Below are positions 16,160 through 29,313 of a DNA stretch of 64,000 nucleotides, piece by piece; position 1 is the stretch's first letter; every line of letters starts with the position of its first letter. The DNA comes from Trichoplax adhaerens (lineage: Eukaryota; Animalia; Placozoa), in NCBI RefSeq assembly GCF_000150275.1, contig NW_002060969.1, forward strand, positions 1-64,000. The letters are read 5' to 3'. The position numbers and the translations under genes are program-made. A model generated the notes under the pieces. The model saw only the letters and a program-made list of their open reading frames with translations. It searched no databases and was not told the origin of the DNA.

Positions 16160-18599
16160 ATTTTTCAAATATCTCGTATTCCGAAAGTCACTTCTCAATT
16201 ATGTACAGATTACTTCCGAATTCGTTTAACTTTGAGGAAGGTACAATTCCAATGTTCTACCTATACAACATTTTGTGCTAGTTATGACGTACAGTATCAG
16301 CTTTTTCTTACAGAATTTTTCTAACCAAAATCAAAAAGAAACTGATCAGTATTTGAATGCTTGCTCTTATAGGGATTTTGTAACAAAATTGGTAAGACAC
16401 GAGATCTCGGGGCATCGGATAAAATCATTGGGTACTGGTTGTTAGGATGTTCCGGATTAGTTTTTGGAGCCGTTATTCTTGGTGGAATAACCCGTTTGAC
16501 AGAATCTGGATTGTCTATGGTTAGATGGCATATTATCAAAGGTATGAAACCCCCAAGTTGTCATGAGGAATGGTTAAAGGAGTTTGAGACTTACAAGTTG
16601 TATCCGGAATACAAATTGTAAGTATGTTACTAGATCTTCAGATATGTAATTCAAACTTTTACAGTAATATTTATGTTTTAAATTAACTGTAAATTCGCTA
16701 TTGATCCAATAGATATCAGGGTTGGTGTACTAAATCTTTTTAAAGAATAATTTGTTTATGATTATAGCTCGATCATATGAGCGTACCTTTATAATATAAT
16801 AATAAAGCAGAAAAGGAAATGTTAATCTTCTGTTCACTAAAGTAGTATGCAATAACTTTTCTTATTAAATTAGTGGAATACTACAGTAGGCACGATAGTA
16901 TCTCATTCGCGAAGCTTCGATTTGGCTTAGTATGCTTTACAGTTCTATAAACATGGTCATCTGTTTCTGTACTATACGGTAGCTGATGCTTGTAAATAAA
17001 TATAAATTAAATATAATGGTGAATGGACAGTAACAAGGAATTTCGTACTCATGGTAACAGTGATAACATGCCAATAAGCTTTTTGGGTTGATAAAAAAGT
17101 GTCATATCATTTCGTTTGATTTAAATGGGATTTAAGCTTACTGTAATTCACTTTATAACTATGATAAAGTATTGCATTTACAGTTAGATTTGTGATGTAA
17201 AATTTTTTGGTATTTATTTCTTACAGCTCGAAACATAATATTACGCTGGAAGAATTCAAACGAATCTTTTACATGGAATATTTGCATAGAATGTGGGGTC
17301 GCTTAATTGGAGTTGCTTTCGCGGTACCAGCGGTATATTTCTTAAGTAGAGGACGAATCTCGAAGGCTATGAAACCTAGACTCGCTATATATTTTTCTTT
17401 GCTAGTTTTTCAGGTATTAACGTATAAATTTTATTCTCGTCCTAAACGCTACATGAACTGCAAATTGTTCATAATGTGGTTAATGAGCATTTCTAATGCT
17501 GCTACCTCAGGGTTTACTTGGATGGCATATGGTCAAAAGTGGTTTAGTGGAGGATAATCGGACACGTAGTATACCTCGTGTGAGTCAGTATAGACTTATG
17601 GCTCATCTAGGGTCAGCTTTTCTGTTGTATGCCGGCTTATTTTGGAGTGGACTATCGTATCTTATCAAGCCTAAACAAGTATGGTTTGTTCGCTTTTGAT
17701 CCTGAAATCTATATATTGATACGAACATTTGCATTTATTGAAATCTAGCTATCAGAGAGCCCAAAATTAAAAGCGCTGCGAATTCTAAGCCATGGAAATT
17801 TAGGAATAATTTTTACCACAGTTTTAGCCGGTTAGAATTTACAATTTGTTTAGAGTTTCAGGGTTCTATATATGGATCTCTCTAGATAATAATTAAACTT
17901 TCACAGTTGTTTGATACCTGCGGTAAACTTAATGCATTCTACATCACTACAATCCTTGTTGAGAGTAGGTGCAATTGTGGCTGGTTTGGATGCCGGCTTG
18001 GTGTATAACTCATTTCCAAAAATGGCTGGTAAGTGGATACCCGAAGACATTATGGCCATCTCGCCAAAATGGAGAAATTTTACGGAAAACTCAACAACTG
18101 CTCAATTCACCCATCGTGTTCTAGTTAGTTCTTAACGTCTTAATGTCCTATTATAAATAATTGGTCATAGTAAATGCTTCAATGAGCAAGAATATAACAG
18201 TGCATATTAGATTGATACTGGCTATGTACGTATGTATTTACTGATCTAATATACACGAAATTTTGATTTAGGGTCTAACAACTCTTACAAGTATTTTTGG
18301 TTTATGGTGCTTTGCCAGGCCATTGACGTTACCGAGGCGAGCTCGTCTAGCGACGAACTGCTTATTAGCTATGTCTGGAGTGCAGGTAAATACTACATAA
18401 ATCATTTCAAATAATTATAACTATACTTACCGAATTTAATCATTTTTTAATTATAATAAACTCAAAGGTTTCACTGGGAATTACTACGCTGCTGTACTAT
18501 GTACCAACCCCGTTAGCAGCTTCCCATCAAGCTGGCTCATTGCTTTTATTTACGAATGCGTTATGGCTTGCGTACGAACTGAGAAAGATGAAATTTTAA
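16160..18599 (+). CDS. COX15: Heme A synthase COX15, multi-exon; start codon unresolved (upstream of or near 16160)
   Basis: [80 protein letters not shown] with TAA at 18597-18599. Confidence 0.93.
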
Positions 18600-19207
18600 A
18601 TCTCTTTCTATATAAATCATGCAGCTTCTACCGAAGATGGATGTTAATTGTAGCGGAAATCTAAGTAGTCTGCGTGCAAGCTTAGATTCATACAATAAAC
18701 TGAATCATCTTTTCGTCTGATAGGTCGGTGAAAAGTAGCCGAAAAGATAAATTTATTTATTGTCTTAAAAAATCTGATGGGTTGTGTAATAGAACAGATA
18801 CACATTAGAGAAGTTTAATGGTTATCACTCTCATGAGAACCTTTTTAGGCTATCTACAAGAAATAGCTGGGATGGGTAAATTATAAAAGAGTCAAGGAGT
18901 TATCATACAGTGAATTAATTCGCACTTTTAAAATATCGAAATCGTAATTAGATGAATGTAAAACTTTATTATAGATCACTGATAGATTATAGTTATAAAT
19001 ATTAAAACTTTTGAATACAATTTAAAGATTTTTAAATTCGGATATACATCTGAAACGTAGGAGAGATGTATAAAAATTTACCATAAATCTTCATAAAGAG
19101 TGGTACGGTATTATTTGCACGCGTCTATATGACATAACCAGATATACATCATGAATGATTAGAGCCTTGTAATCAATGCAACAAGCTTGTAACTTATTTT
19201 TACATTG

Positions 19208-22200
19208 TTATAGTAAAAATACTCGTTTTAATTCGCTAAACGGGTAACTAGTATTAGTTCGTGGACAGATTACTGTTCCATGGTTAGAATCGGCTAATTT
19301 CAGTAGAGCCTGTATAAACATACGAAGTCAAAAAGCTCACGACAAATCACAAGAAATTCTAATCTTTGGCATAAATAAAACCATCAAGGAAATTCAATTA
19401 TTTTTCGTTATGTCGCACCTTCTCGCTGTAAACCATTCCATTTGGCAACATCATTGGAGGATTGTTACCATTCATTTCTTCGCCACTTATTCTGCATACC
19501 AAGCGTGAGTGAGAACAGTGCGAAAATGGCAGAGTTCGAGCTATTTCATTGAAGTTACTGCTACATATTGGACATTGCAAACTCTTCTTGTTTTCGTCGT
19601 AGCAGTCACTGTGCATCCGTAGTTAAGGAACTAAAATCTTGCAGTAGCAATCTTTACTGTTATAAAATATATCTTATGCAGTAACTTCAGTACAATTTAC
19701 AGCTTTTTAACTTAAGTAAATACAGTACAACAATATAGCTAAAACTGCGTAATGTTGACATATGATACGGAGTTTTTAAAGACGCCAGACCAACTTGAAG
19801 GATAACAGAGAACATTGATCGTTCTTTAAGTTGATACAAGGAAAAAATATCATCCCGAAACTGTCGCAGTAACATTTTCCATCGCTGTGGATCATACATA
19901 TCCTAAAGAACAATATCATTATTTTACAACAAACACAGCACTGAGTTGCTTCATGGTACCGTAATGTACATATTTCTTTACAAAATTTTGCTGACGAAAA
20001 GAATCATACCAGGACTACTGAAGATAAAGAGTCGTTTTCTGTCTCCCTTTTGCTTCAGTAGTCCCTGCCGTATGCAGCGTGATACGGGTGCAGTTATAGT
20101 GTTTAAATATAGGCCTATGACATAAAGTATACTAAACTATCAGCTGTATGTACACATGTGTTTCCAGATACCAATTTACTGTTACGTACAAATCAGAGTC
20201 GACTATGGGTACAATTGTACTTCGTGCAGTCATTAGGAAATGATAGTAAGGTTAAGGGCAGAAAAGATACATAGACAATAGATTATTACAGTATAACTGT
20301 AGCTTGCAAGTGAAAGCGAAGGAAATAGTAAACATTTTCTAAAAGAAAGTGCGATGAAGTGCATGATGGTATTGATATCAAGACAGTATACACGATCATA
20401 AACGTACTTGGTACGGTTGACAATTGGTATCTATCTGAAAAGCCAATAACCCCATTGCACGCTTCATTAAGTCACAGCTGCTTGAATCTATATTAGAAAA
20501 GTGTCGCCTTGCGTACCTGCATATTGATCAATAATTCATACTTTTAATTGCAGATTACACTATATGTGGTCAAACATGAAGATAGTATTGTAATATACGC
20601 TATACTCATTGCTTACTTTACTGCATCTAATCGCTTTCCTTCCCGGATGAGTTCGATAAATTCTTGCATTCGTAAATTAAACTCTAACGTGCTCTAAACG
20701 TGATGTAATTCCGTTTTGTAATCATTATAAAAACAAACCCGTATAAATAGGTATAAAGTGAAATCGTGGTACCAATAAATGAACGATACTAGCCTAGCAT
20801 ACTTATATTCAATTCTACGTACAGTACCTTAATTTTTTTTAATCTGGACCTATTATCAATACACCAGTTTAAGCATAAAGTGATATTATTAGCTTGCAAG
20901 GAAGCTTCAATTTTTCGCGCAACGGTGAAGATTTCGATGTTGCACAGCCCCTAAAATTAGTAATGTTAAAATAAAAATCTTTAGGATAAAGCTACGAAAA
21001 TTAACTACTTAATTAGTAAACACTGGCAAGCATCTTACTACGATGTCAATTACAGCTAGGCGCAATAATTACTTAATAGTTCGTTAACTGAACAGCACAT
21101 TGCTGTATATTGCATCAAACCTCAATATCAGATTCTTCCATGAGATCAATTGCAGCCTTGTAATATCCTTGTCGTAATAGATGATCAACTATAAAACGAT
21201 TGCAGCGTTTCCTCTGCCACATAGTAACTGTAAAATCATTTTCAGGCAAATCTTTCCTGACTTGATCCATTCTATCTTGCAAATGGCTAATTCTTAATTT
21301 ACAGTTCTTAATACATCCTTGCTCTTGCTGGTAACAATCATCAGCCTTTAGGAATAAAGGATTATTAGTTGTTGAACAGTGAGATCTTTAGCGATATGAA
21401 TACTGTCTAAATATAACAAAATTTAGCTCCTTCTCTTAAACATTTTAATTAACCTTTCTTTTCAAAGCAGTTAGTTTCTGAACAACACCTCCTAGAAAAT
21501 CGGCGACTGAATCGATAGACTGGTTCTGTGAATCTGAAGAGCAATGTAGTATATCATTACTTCCTCCTAACACATTAGCAACTTCTCTATCGATTGCCTT
21601 TTGAGCAGTTCTGAATTTCTTGTTGAGGATCTCGTACGGTACCTAAGTAACGGTAGTTTATTTACAGTTAATAAGTTAAAAGTAATACCAGTATAGCTTA
21701 TAGCTAGCTATCGGATACTGACAATAACAGTACTTCCGATCCTAGAGAAATCATCTACGATCTGTAGTGTACATTCGTAACGTTAACGACTACCATATCT
21801 TTGGCCGTAAGGTGATATACAGCTTATTAAGTGTAAATAATGGCATGAGTATAATAATTTTTACACTTTTTTTACTGTGATTTTAAACAGGATTCTTTCA
21901 TCACACTGGCACAGTATTTGGATCATATGCAAGTATTTATTTTATATGTAGTGCTGGTATAAAATTACGAACTGCATTGTCTACAAAATAACCAGAACCA
22001 GCGAAAGACGCCAAAAACTCTGTATTAACCTACGTGTAATTGTTATTACAGGTAATTGAAATTTTTGGCAGTAAGCGGAACAAATGTCGGACGATTTGGT
22101 ACAGTGTTAATTTTCATATTTAGTATAATAATATAGCAAGTAAAGAAAGTACTGCGAACAAAACATTCAACCATTCTACCATCAAAAGCAATTGTCGTCC

Positions 22201-22374
22201 ATCTGCACTCACTTTACTGCACTAAATAGCAAAGGAGTAACTGGTTTATAAAATTTCTCGTACAGCAGATTAATTATATAGTTATCCGTTCATTGCAGTT
22301 CCTACTTTTAATGTTGAATGTTCCAGGGCTCGGATGTCAGGATATTCCCTCCTTGCAGCTTCTTTATCAACCAT
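19208..22374 (-). CDS. MAEA: Macrophage erythroblast attacher (CTLH/GID E3 ligase subunit, Gid9/Fyv10), multi-exon
   Basis: [13 protein letters not shown]|[21 protein letters not shown], LisH ([13 protein letters not shown]), CTLH ([13 protein letters not shown]), [31 protein letters not shown], ending VFLL* at 19208. Confidence 0.92.
19609..19768 (-). other. U12-type-like intron in MAEA (phase 2)
   Basis: Minus-strand donor GTATCATA, perfect branch TTCCTTAAC (19630-19622) ending 13 nt before the exon. Splicing gives L-K-T-P-D-C-Y. Confidence 0.7.
20010..20067. mobile_element. Short MITE-like hairpin (CAGGGACTACT family) in a MAEA intron
   Basis: Perfect 12-bp inverted repeat GGACTACTGAAG ... 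CTTCAGTAGTCC, with the same termini as the element at 45382-45516. Confidence 0.6.
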
Positions 22375-22497
22375 CTCTTTTCAAGATTCCTTACTGGCAG
22401 TCTCTTAAGATTCCTATTTGCTAAAATGCCTGAAGTACAATCACTGTCAGAATCTTAGAAAAGGTGCATCACGAAATGACGCTAGTGTTATTCTTAC

Positions 22498-22702
22498 ACT
22501 GTACTGTACGTACGTACTGTACTATCGTACAGTATTAGTACAGCGTAACTCCATTTTATTGATAAACAAATCCAATACAGTATACAGTACAGGGTACAGT
22601 ACACAGTACTGTACTGTACAGTGTACATGCTACTGTAGCCAGCCAACTTGGTGGCTACTTTTGATAGCTTGTCAGCAGTCAGCACTACTACAGTAAGTAC
22701 TA
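22498..22702. repeat. (CAGTA)n cluster upstream of MAEA
   Basis: Runs such as gtacagtacacagtactgtactgtacagtgtac at 22594-22626. Confidence 0.85.
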
Positions 22703-22805
22703 CAATTACCGACGTGCACTCGAACAAAGAGTGGTGTCAATGTAGTTAAAATGGCTAGCAAAAAGTCGACCTATTTTTCTATACGATATTGATGCGGTCT
22801 TGAAG

Positions 22806-22862
22806 CATGGAATACTAGAAGAAGAAGGCAGGGTCTCCTTCGTTTTCTTCTAGTAGTCCATG
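22806..22862. mobile_element. Short MITE-like hairpin (CATGGACTACT variant of the same family)
   Basis: Inverted repeat CATGGAATACTAGAAGAA ... TTCTTCTAGTAGTCCATG. A degenerate relative lies at 1808-1842. Confidence 0.5.
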
Positions 22863-23165
22863 GTCTTTTTCAAAATGTGCCATGTACATTGTACGGTATA
22901 CCAGGCCAGGGTAACAGAAAGAAAGAGGGATTGTTAACGATTTTCATTGAAAAATGTGATCGCTGACTGTTTTGCTAGTCATTTCGCTATATCGGAAGAC
23001 TGGAACCGTATACTATGCGTAACCAACATGGTAGCTACTTCGGACTTCGGAGCATAGCCGTAAACAGTACTGTACTGTACTGTACTGTATACGTACAATC
23101 GTCGTACAAGTTAGACGGTAAGCCTCTTTGATGAAAGTAATAGTAATTTAGTGTACTGTACTGTA

Positions 23166-23694
23166 CAGTTCGAAACTGACGCACGGGATATACGATTGTA
23201 CTGTATACTGGAGTTTCTAACCTTAAAATAGCTGAAAAGCTGACATTTGCATATATTAGAAAAATTAAAATTTTAATTTAATAATGTAATATTTTTGATT
23301 GAAATCCAAGTTGTGTACTTTTTAAGGTATCATTGACTGATCGTTAAGCGAAAAAATAATCCAGATTTGATATCGACAATGCAGTTTAAATCGATATCAA
23401 AGAGGTGCGATTAGCAGAATTTCCTCGCAAAATGGCACAAAACGATGCTAAATCGCTCAAATCGCACTCCTTCGAGATAGATTGAAACTATACCCTCGGT
23501 ATTAAATGTGGATTTTTTACATTTAGCAATCAGTCAATGACTATCTTAAAGTACACAACTTAGATTTCAATCAAAGCATTGCGATATTAAATTATTCTAA
23601 TTTATGTAAATGTCAGTTTTTCAGCTGTTTTAAGGTTAGAAACTTCCTAGCCAATCGTACAGTATACCACGTGCAGTACGTCCATTTCGAACCG
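23166..23694. mobile_element. 529-bp foldback MITE with TA flanks (Tc1/mariner-like, non-autonomous)
   Basis: The arms are imperfect reverse complements over roughly 240 bp, e.g. gtttctaaccttaaaatagctgaaaagctgacattt / aaatgtcagtttttcagctgttttaaggttagaaac and tcattgactgat / atcagtcaatga. Ends are TA|CAGTTCGAAA ... TTTCGAACCG|TA. Confidence 0.8.
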
Positions 23695-24808
23695 TACACT
23701 TAACTGATGTACACCGTGTCATCTACAATAGTATGCACTTATGCAAATGAGCTTTGACATCACTATGAAAATGAAAATATAAGACCCCTATTTTAGCCTT
23801 CAACTTAATTAGATCTTTTAATTTTTCAAAGCATTTACATTAAATTTGGCTCAAATTCCACATAAACTTTATTTCATTTCTTTGAAATTCTAATATAAGC
23901 CAATAGTCACTGGTACATGGTCGGTCGGTTCTACCAGCATACAACTCACGCCTTATAACAGTGGTCTTATATAAATAAATTAATTAATTGCTGTCGCGGT
24001 CCGTAAGTAATACTACAGTAAATCCCATTAAAAGGCCTGTTGCTGAGCTCTACTTGGAAGCGGCAGCTTTAGATCATAAACGTTATTCAAATTAATTAAT
24101 TCGAGTGATTTAGAAAACGGACACGAAAGATCCACACTGAGGAGAGTGTCCAGTGTACACTGTCCAGTCCAGGTATATTCCTAGTGGGTCAGGGTACATT
24201 GTCGTATTCATATGCATGCACAGTGCGAAGTGACAGTGATAATTATAATGTCAAGTAAAAAAGTACATGCATTTGGACATTTTCGTGATATTATCATGCG
24301 TTTCAGTAAAAACTAATTTGACATAAAAATTTGTTCGAGCTTCATAATTTTCGAAAAAGAAATGTTGGAAAATGTCTAGAGAACGGTTTCAGGCGTACAG
24401 TAGCTTGGATTTATTCATTTATGTCACGTTTTAGATTTCAGCAAACAACGCTGTTATAACTGCAGCATTAACGAGATACGTGTATAGTGAGAATATAATA
24501 TAAAAATTTTATTAACTCGAAATGCACAGCTAGCTCCGGGCGATGAGTGTAGATAAATTAGGTATGCACTCATAATGCATATAAAATTTGTATTATTATT
24601 TGTATAATATTATTGTTATATTATTGTCTACTATGCATTTTCCTTTCATATTGCTGCGGAATCTTTACACCTAACAAGGTAATGTGTAACACTATGAATA
24701 CGTATGTAGTATCGTACTATATATTGTAAAAACTTAAAGTCCTAAGGGTAGGTTTAGTATACTGTAACAATTTAGTAAGTAGGTACAGTACATTAGTATA
24801 TGCTAGCG

Positions 24809-27800
24809 TCACATTTTCATTAATCCCTCTGCCACAGCCAAATTTATAAGAAATTTTTCCTTGGACGCGGTTAGATTTCTAGATGTAATGCAATCTGGAG
24901 ATAACATTCCATTTTGGTCGGAAGCCAGTGATTTTAAATTACTAATTAAATCCCCTATCGTTGATGACAGTTCCTTTGAAAAATAATTGCAATAATTCGT
25001 TCAATTAAGATTTTACGCTCACTCATGTAAACATATCAAAAGAAAATTCTCCTCGCATTTTGCAATTTCATGTATTCGATTAAATTAGGAAAATCAATGA
25101 TTTTGTATAGCATGTGGTACCTGAACTATGTCTTGATTTGAACACTCGTCATTTTGGGCAAGGGACACCAATTGCGAAGCGATATCTTTGTGAATCTTAC
25201 TGAGCACAAAATTTTCTAAGGTATGATGCAAATAATATAGTGGTATCAATCGTTTAGTAACTCACTTTACACAGCACCATACTGGACTGCAACTCTGTAG
25301 CATACCAAATATAGAATTACGTTATGCGAAAACTTTGTAATAAATGTTCAAAAGCATTCAAAAATTTATGATGAACCTTAATGTAAGCAAAAATTTCCAT
25401 AAAACTTTACTATCAACGCTTAACTGCAAGATCTCAATGCAATCACGTTTACCTTTTGCATGTGAGGCTACATAAATTTCACGACGTGGCACTAAACATA
25501 TAATTAGTAATATTGTTATAATAAATTTATAGTATAAAACAAGCTGACTAATAACTGAGCTATCTGGAAAGATAGCTTACTATTAACTAGTACATCGAAA
25601 AGATACTCCTTATCTTCGATGCTGGGATCTGTTACTCCAGCGACGTAGTGTTGCAAGCTCTTTAGGTTAAAAACTTCATTAGTTTTACTTAAGTCTATAA
25701 ACGGATGTACAATATCCCAATTTTGTCGATGCCATGATAGCAAAGGCATAGTTCTAAATGTTAATAAGAGGTTACTGTTAACAACTCATTCGAATTTCTT
25801 AATATTCTTTTACTGATATGGCAGATCAGAAAATAGTTTTAACCTGGTACTATCCAGAAGAAATCTAAGGTTTGAATCAAAAATAACAATTCGTTTCTTT
25901 AATAGCAATGCGACACAGATAAGAATTATTTCCAACCCGAATTCCAGAATCAGTCCTAAGTTTATCGTTAAATGAAATGGAACATTAACAAAATTAGGCT
26001 TTCTATGATTAGACAATTATAATTACATCAGTTTCGGTCGAAGGAAAAACAGCCAGCAATAAAGTAAAGCAACAAGCGTCAGGTGAAAGCTTTTCACACT
26101 TGTTTCAATCGGTAAAAATCTTCCGTATCATCAATATACGTACTTTAAGAAATTTTAACATCTGTATGCTTAGTTAATAACAAACTGGAGATGTACTACA
26201 AATGTCTACAATTAGCATTACTGCATGTACGTAGAGCATACGTCATTTTACGGTTCCTAGGGAACATTCGTTAGTCAGTGTACTTTAATACAGCATTTGT
26301 CTAATTTTAAAATGAAATGCATAACCCAGTAGCGATTTTCTAGAAAATATGATGTTACCTAGGAAGTTTAGATACCTGTCTTTGCAGGCATCAAGGAATA
26401 AGAGCTACTTTTTGCTAGAGAGATTATACTGAAGATCTGCTAAATTTAGGAGCGCCTAGCACCCAAATGCTACTTTTAGTTTAAAGTGTTTGGGTAAGTT
26501 GTTAAGTTAAAAGAAATCAATATTACCTAATGTTAGGCTATCAAGACACCAGTAACGGAAATGTTTTACGATATTTCGAAAAATCTAGAAAAGTATCCAC
26601 TTCAGCAGCTTACTCTGTAGAGTATTTGGAAATTAGTGGAAACTGTTCATTGTACAATTTTTAGAGTGTAAGTGTGTAAGCATATCATACAATGGTTGAA
26701 TATTACTGTACTGTATATCAGTCTCTTAGTACCGTATATTGTAGAATCTAGATAAAATTTCAAGACAGTAATCTGAGGAGAAATATAGGATTTAGCATTA
26801 AAGTTGCGCAGTAAGCCTATCTAGTACTGTAATTCTGCATTTGATGGTATAGTTCACTATGGTGACAGACCGCTAGAAAAATCATATAGTTCTTCTCCGG
26901 TCGAATCATACAAGTCATAAAGCCTCTTAGACTCTTAACTGACAGTTGGGATTTAAGAATCGACAACATTCATAGATATACAGTATATAATATGCTATCG
27001 ACACCGCATCCTATAACTTTCGCATGTTGTCCAGGCTGTCAAATGCCGAAACAAAAGGTTGATTATTGTACGAATCTTTAGAAGTCCTCGTTCACCTTAC
27101 ACTCAGTAAAGTATTATAACAAGTAGTTAGCGGGTATCTAATGCTTAACAACAGCCATAAGACAATAAATACTGAATATATACTGTACTGTAGCTTCACC
27201 GCATAGCATGGAATAGTTGATGACTGCATAACAAAATAAGATCGCGGATAATTTCTTTTACTGGATATCTAACGATAAGTACCGTTACCGTAGCTTTCAT
27301 AATTATAATAATATCGTTACCTCGCATGCATGCGGACGTTGCATAAAACGCAGACACAGTGGTAAACTTATCAAAATTAAAAGTACCAAATTGCTCGTGA
27401 TTCCAGAAGCCATGTACATTGACTGATATAAAAGCTGTAGCCATTAGCGATGGATTTCCACAAATGTTATATATATCCCCAAGAAATTTGCAGAATTCTT
27501 GATACTTTTCTGGGTGAAAGTCCTAAACTTGATGAAAAGCACCATGCGGCTTAGGAAACAAATGTGACTACTTGTGCTTTTAATACATTAAAGTGTAATA
27601 CTATTTAAAATTTAGACAGCAAGCATATGCAGTGAGCAATAATTACAACTTGTCTATAATGCCCCATCAATATTTGAATCAAAGTTCCGAAAGAACATTA
27701 AAACAAATACGAGTATGTAAGTCATACCACAGAAGCTAGCAATTCTCGTTGCATGCGAATGTAGAAAGCCATACGTTTAGTTAATTAATTTTACAGCGAA

Positions 27801-28388
27801 CTACGAAAAATTGCACTACAAACCTTGCATCTAAGTATCACACAAAATTGTTTCACCTATAAAGAGTACAAAAATAGGAGAAATTTGTTTAGTAACTGTA
27901 CTGTACTGTATACTCCCTGCTGTAACGTATCCATTTCACTATCTGCATTTAATAATTACCGTGTGTACAGTTACAAGGACTGCATTTGCTAGATTGTTAG
28001 GGTACTGTACACTGTACAGTATACAGTACAGTACGTACAGTAATAGTAGAAAGGTTGCATAGTTCTATCATTATACTGTACTGTCTAGAATCAAAGAAAC
28101 GCAAACAGTAACCTGAGAAAGTTGTTCTTTCGCGAATGGCATTGCTTGAATGTAATACCAGTCATGCAAATGTCTACCGAATATAAAGTCAATTGTATTT
28201 TTTCGGGAAGCATTCATTAATTTTGATCTCGACAAGATTAAGTCAGAGAATGATTGATTACTTGCGGGAAAAGACCAAGTTATTAATGAATCTCCATTAA
28301 CATCGGATTCTGCGATATTGTGGTAGCAGAAATGCAGAGATGTTAAAGGTTTCCCTGAGCATACACGCGTAAATTCATTAATTAACAT
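24809..28388 (-). CDS. DENND10: DENN domain-containing protein 10 (FAM45A), multi-exon; 5' end approximate
   Basis: ESDVNGDSLITWSFP, FIFGRH..WYYI, VKQFCVILRCK|DFHPEKY, EFGLEIILICVALLLKKRIVI, WHRQNWDI, YVAGVTD..LFDVLVN, KEKFLINLAVAEGLMKM* with TGA at 24811-24809. Confidence 0.88.
26024..26138 (-). ncRNA. Candidate intronic box C/D snoRNA
   Basis: Sense to the host gene: TATA-T-TGATGA (C box, 26133-26128), internal CTGA (D'), CTGA (D box, 26031-26028) then TGTA forming a 4-bp terminal stem. It ends about 70 nt upstream of the 3' splice site at 25956. Confidence 0.4.
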
Positions 28389-28579
28389 CAGTACCTATAA
28401 TATGTAAGCTATGCAATTTCAAACTTCTACTCATCTCGTAGTAAAAATTAAAAGTTCTCGCCTTCCTTTCACTTCTTTACAGGACTTTAATCTAAATTAA
28501 TAATTTTTAATCTTAAACTCTGCTATAAACGTTTCCACATTCACTGCTAAGAATCTCTAAGTTACTGTATCCCTAATGT

Positions 28580-29232
28580 TTACTGTACTGAGTAGTACCT
28601 GTAGCTACTGTAGTGTCATACTGTACTGTACTGTACTGTACAGTACAAGTACAGTACAGCTATCATGAACTCAAGTACTCAACGATGCTGTCTGGCAGCA
28701 ACATAGCATAGCAGCATAGAACTTTAAACAGTTTTTAAACTTACTGTACTGTACATACCATACATTATAGTACTGTACATTTAAAACCGTACAGTACAGT
28801 AATGTACAATATACTGTACTGTACTGTACTGTACACTGTGCACAGTAGTACAGACCGGTATTACGTTGTAAAACGGTTATACACAGTACACGGTATAAAG
28901 TTACTGAACCTCTGACAGGTCTACGACAAATGGTAATACTATCTGTTAATTAAATGAGCACATTATCGTAAACCGTCAGCAAAGCGACGGGAGTTTGCAC
29001 TAAAATTAATTATTCAATACTACAATACAGTACTGTATAGTGCACTTGTGCACTAAATGTGCAGTTTGCTGTACTGTAGCATTTACGGCTACACTCTCCA
29101 AAGTAGCTACCAATAATACCGTACACTGTACCGTACTGTACTGTACAGTACATATGTACAAAGTTGTCTACAAACTATTAATTGACGGTTACTCTGAGAG
29201 GTACTGTACTGTACTGTACTGTACCGTACTCT
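28580..29232. repeat. (CAGTA)n/(TACTG)n array between the divergent DENND10 and DCTN1 genes
   Basis: Runs at 28619-28659, 28812-28853, 29120-29160 and 29201-29230. Confidence 0.88.
28956..29003 (+). mobile_element. Helitron-like 3' terminus (copy 2)
   Basis: cattatcgtaaaccgtcagcaaagcgacgggagtttgcacta is the reverse complement of 1924-1965 with one mismatch. The terminal CTAG is degenerate (CTAA). Confidence 0.55.
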
Positions 29233-29313
29233 ACAAATTTCACAAAAATTTCTTGAATATCCCTAAATTTGCAACTCACAAGTTTGCAAACGTCTTAAAT
29301 ACCATTTATTACT

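Noticed and set aside
24119-24151. Hammerhead-like pieces GGACAC-GAAA ... CTGAGGA-GA-GTGTCC
   Set aside because: Only 8 nt separate GAAA and CTGA, too few to form stems III and I.
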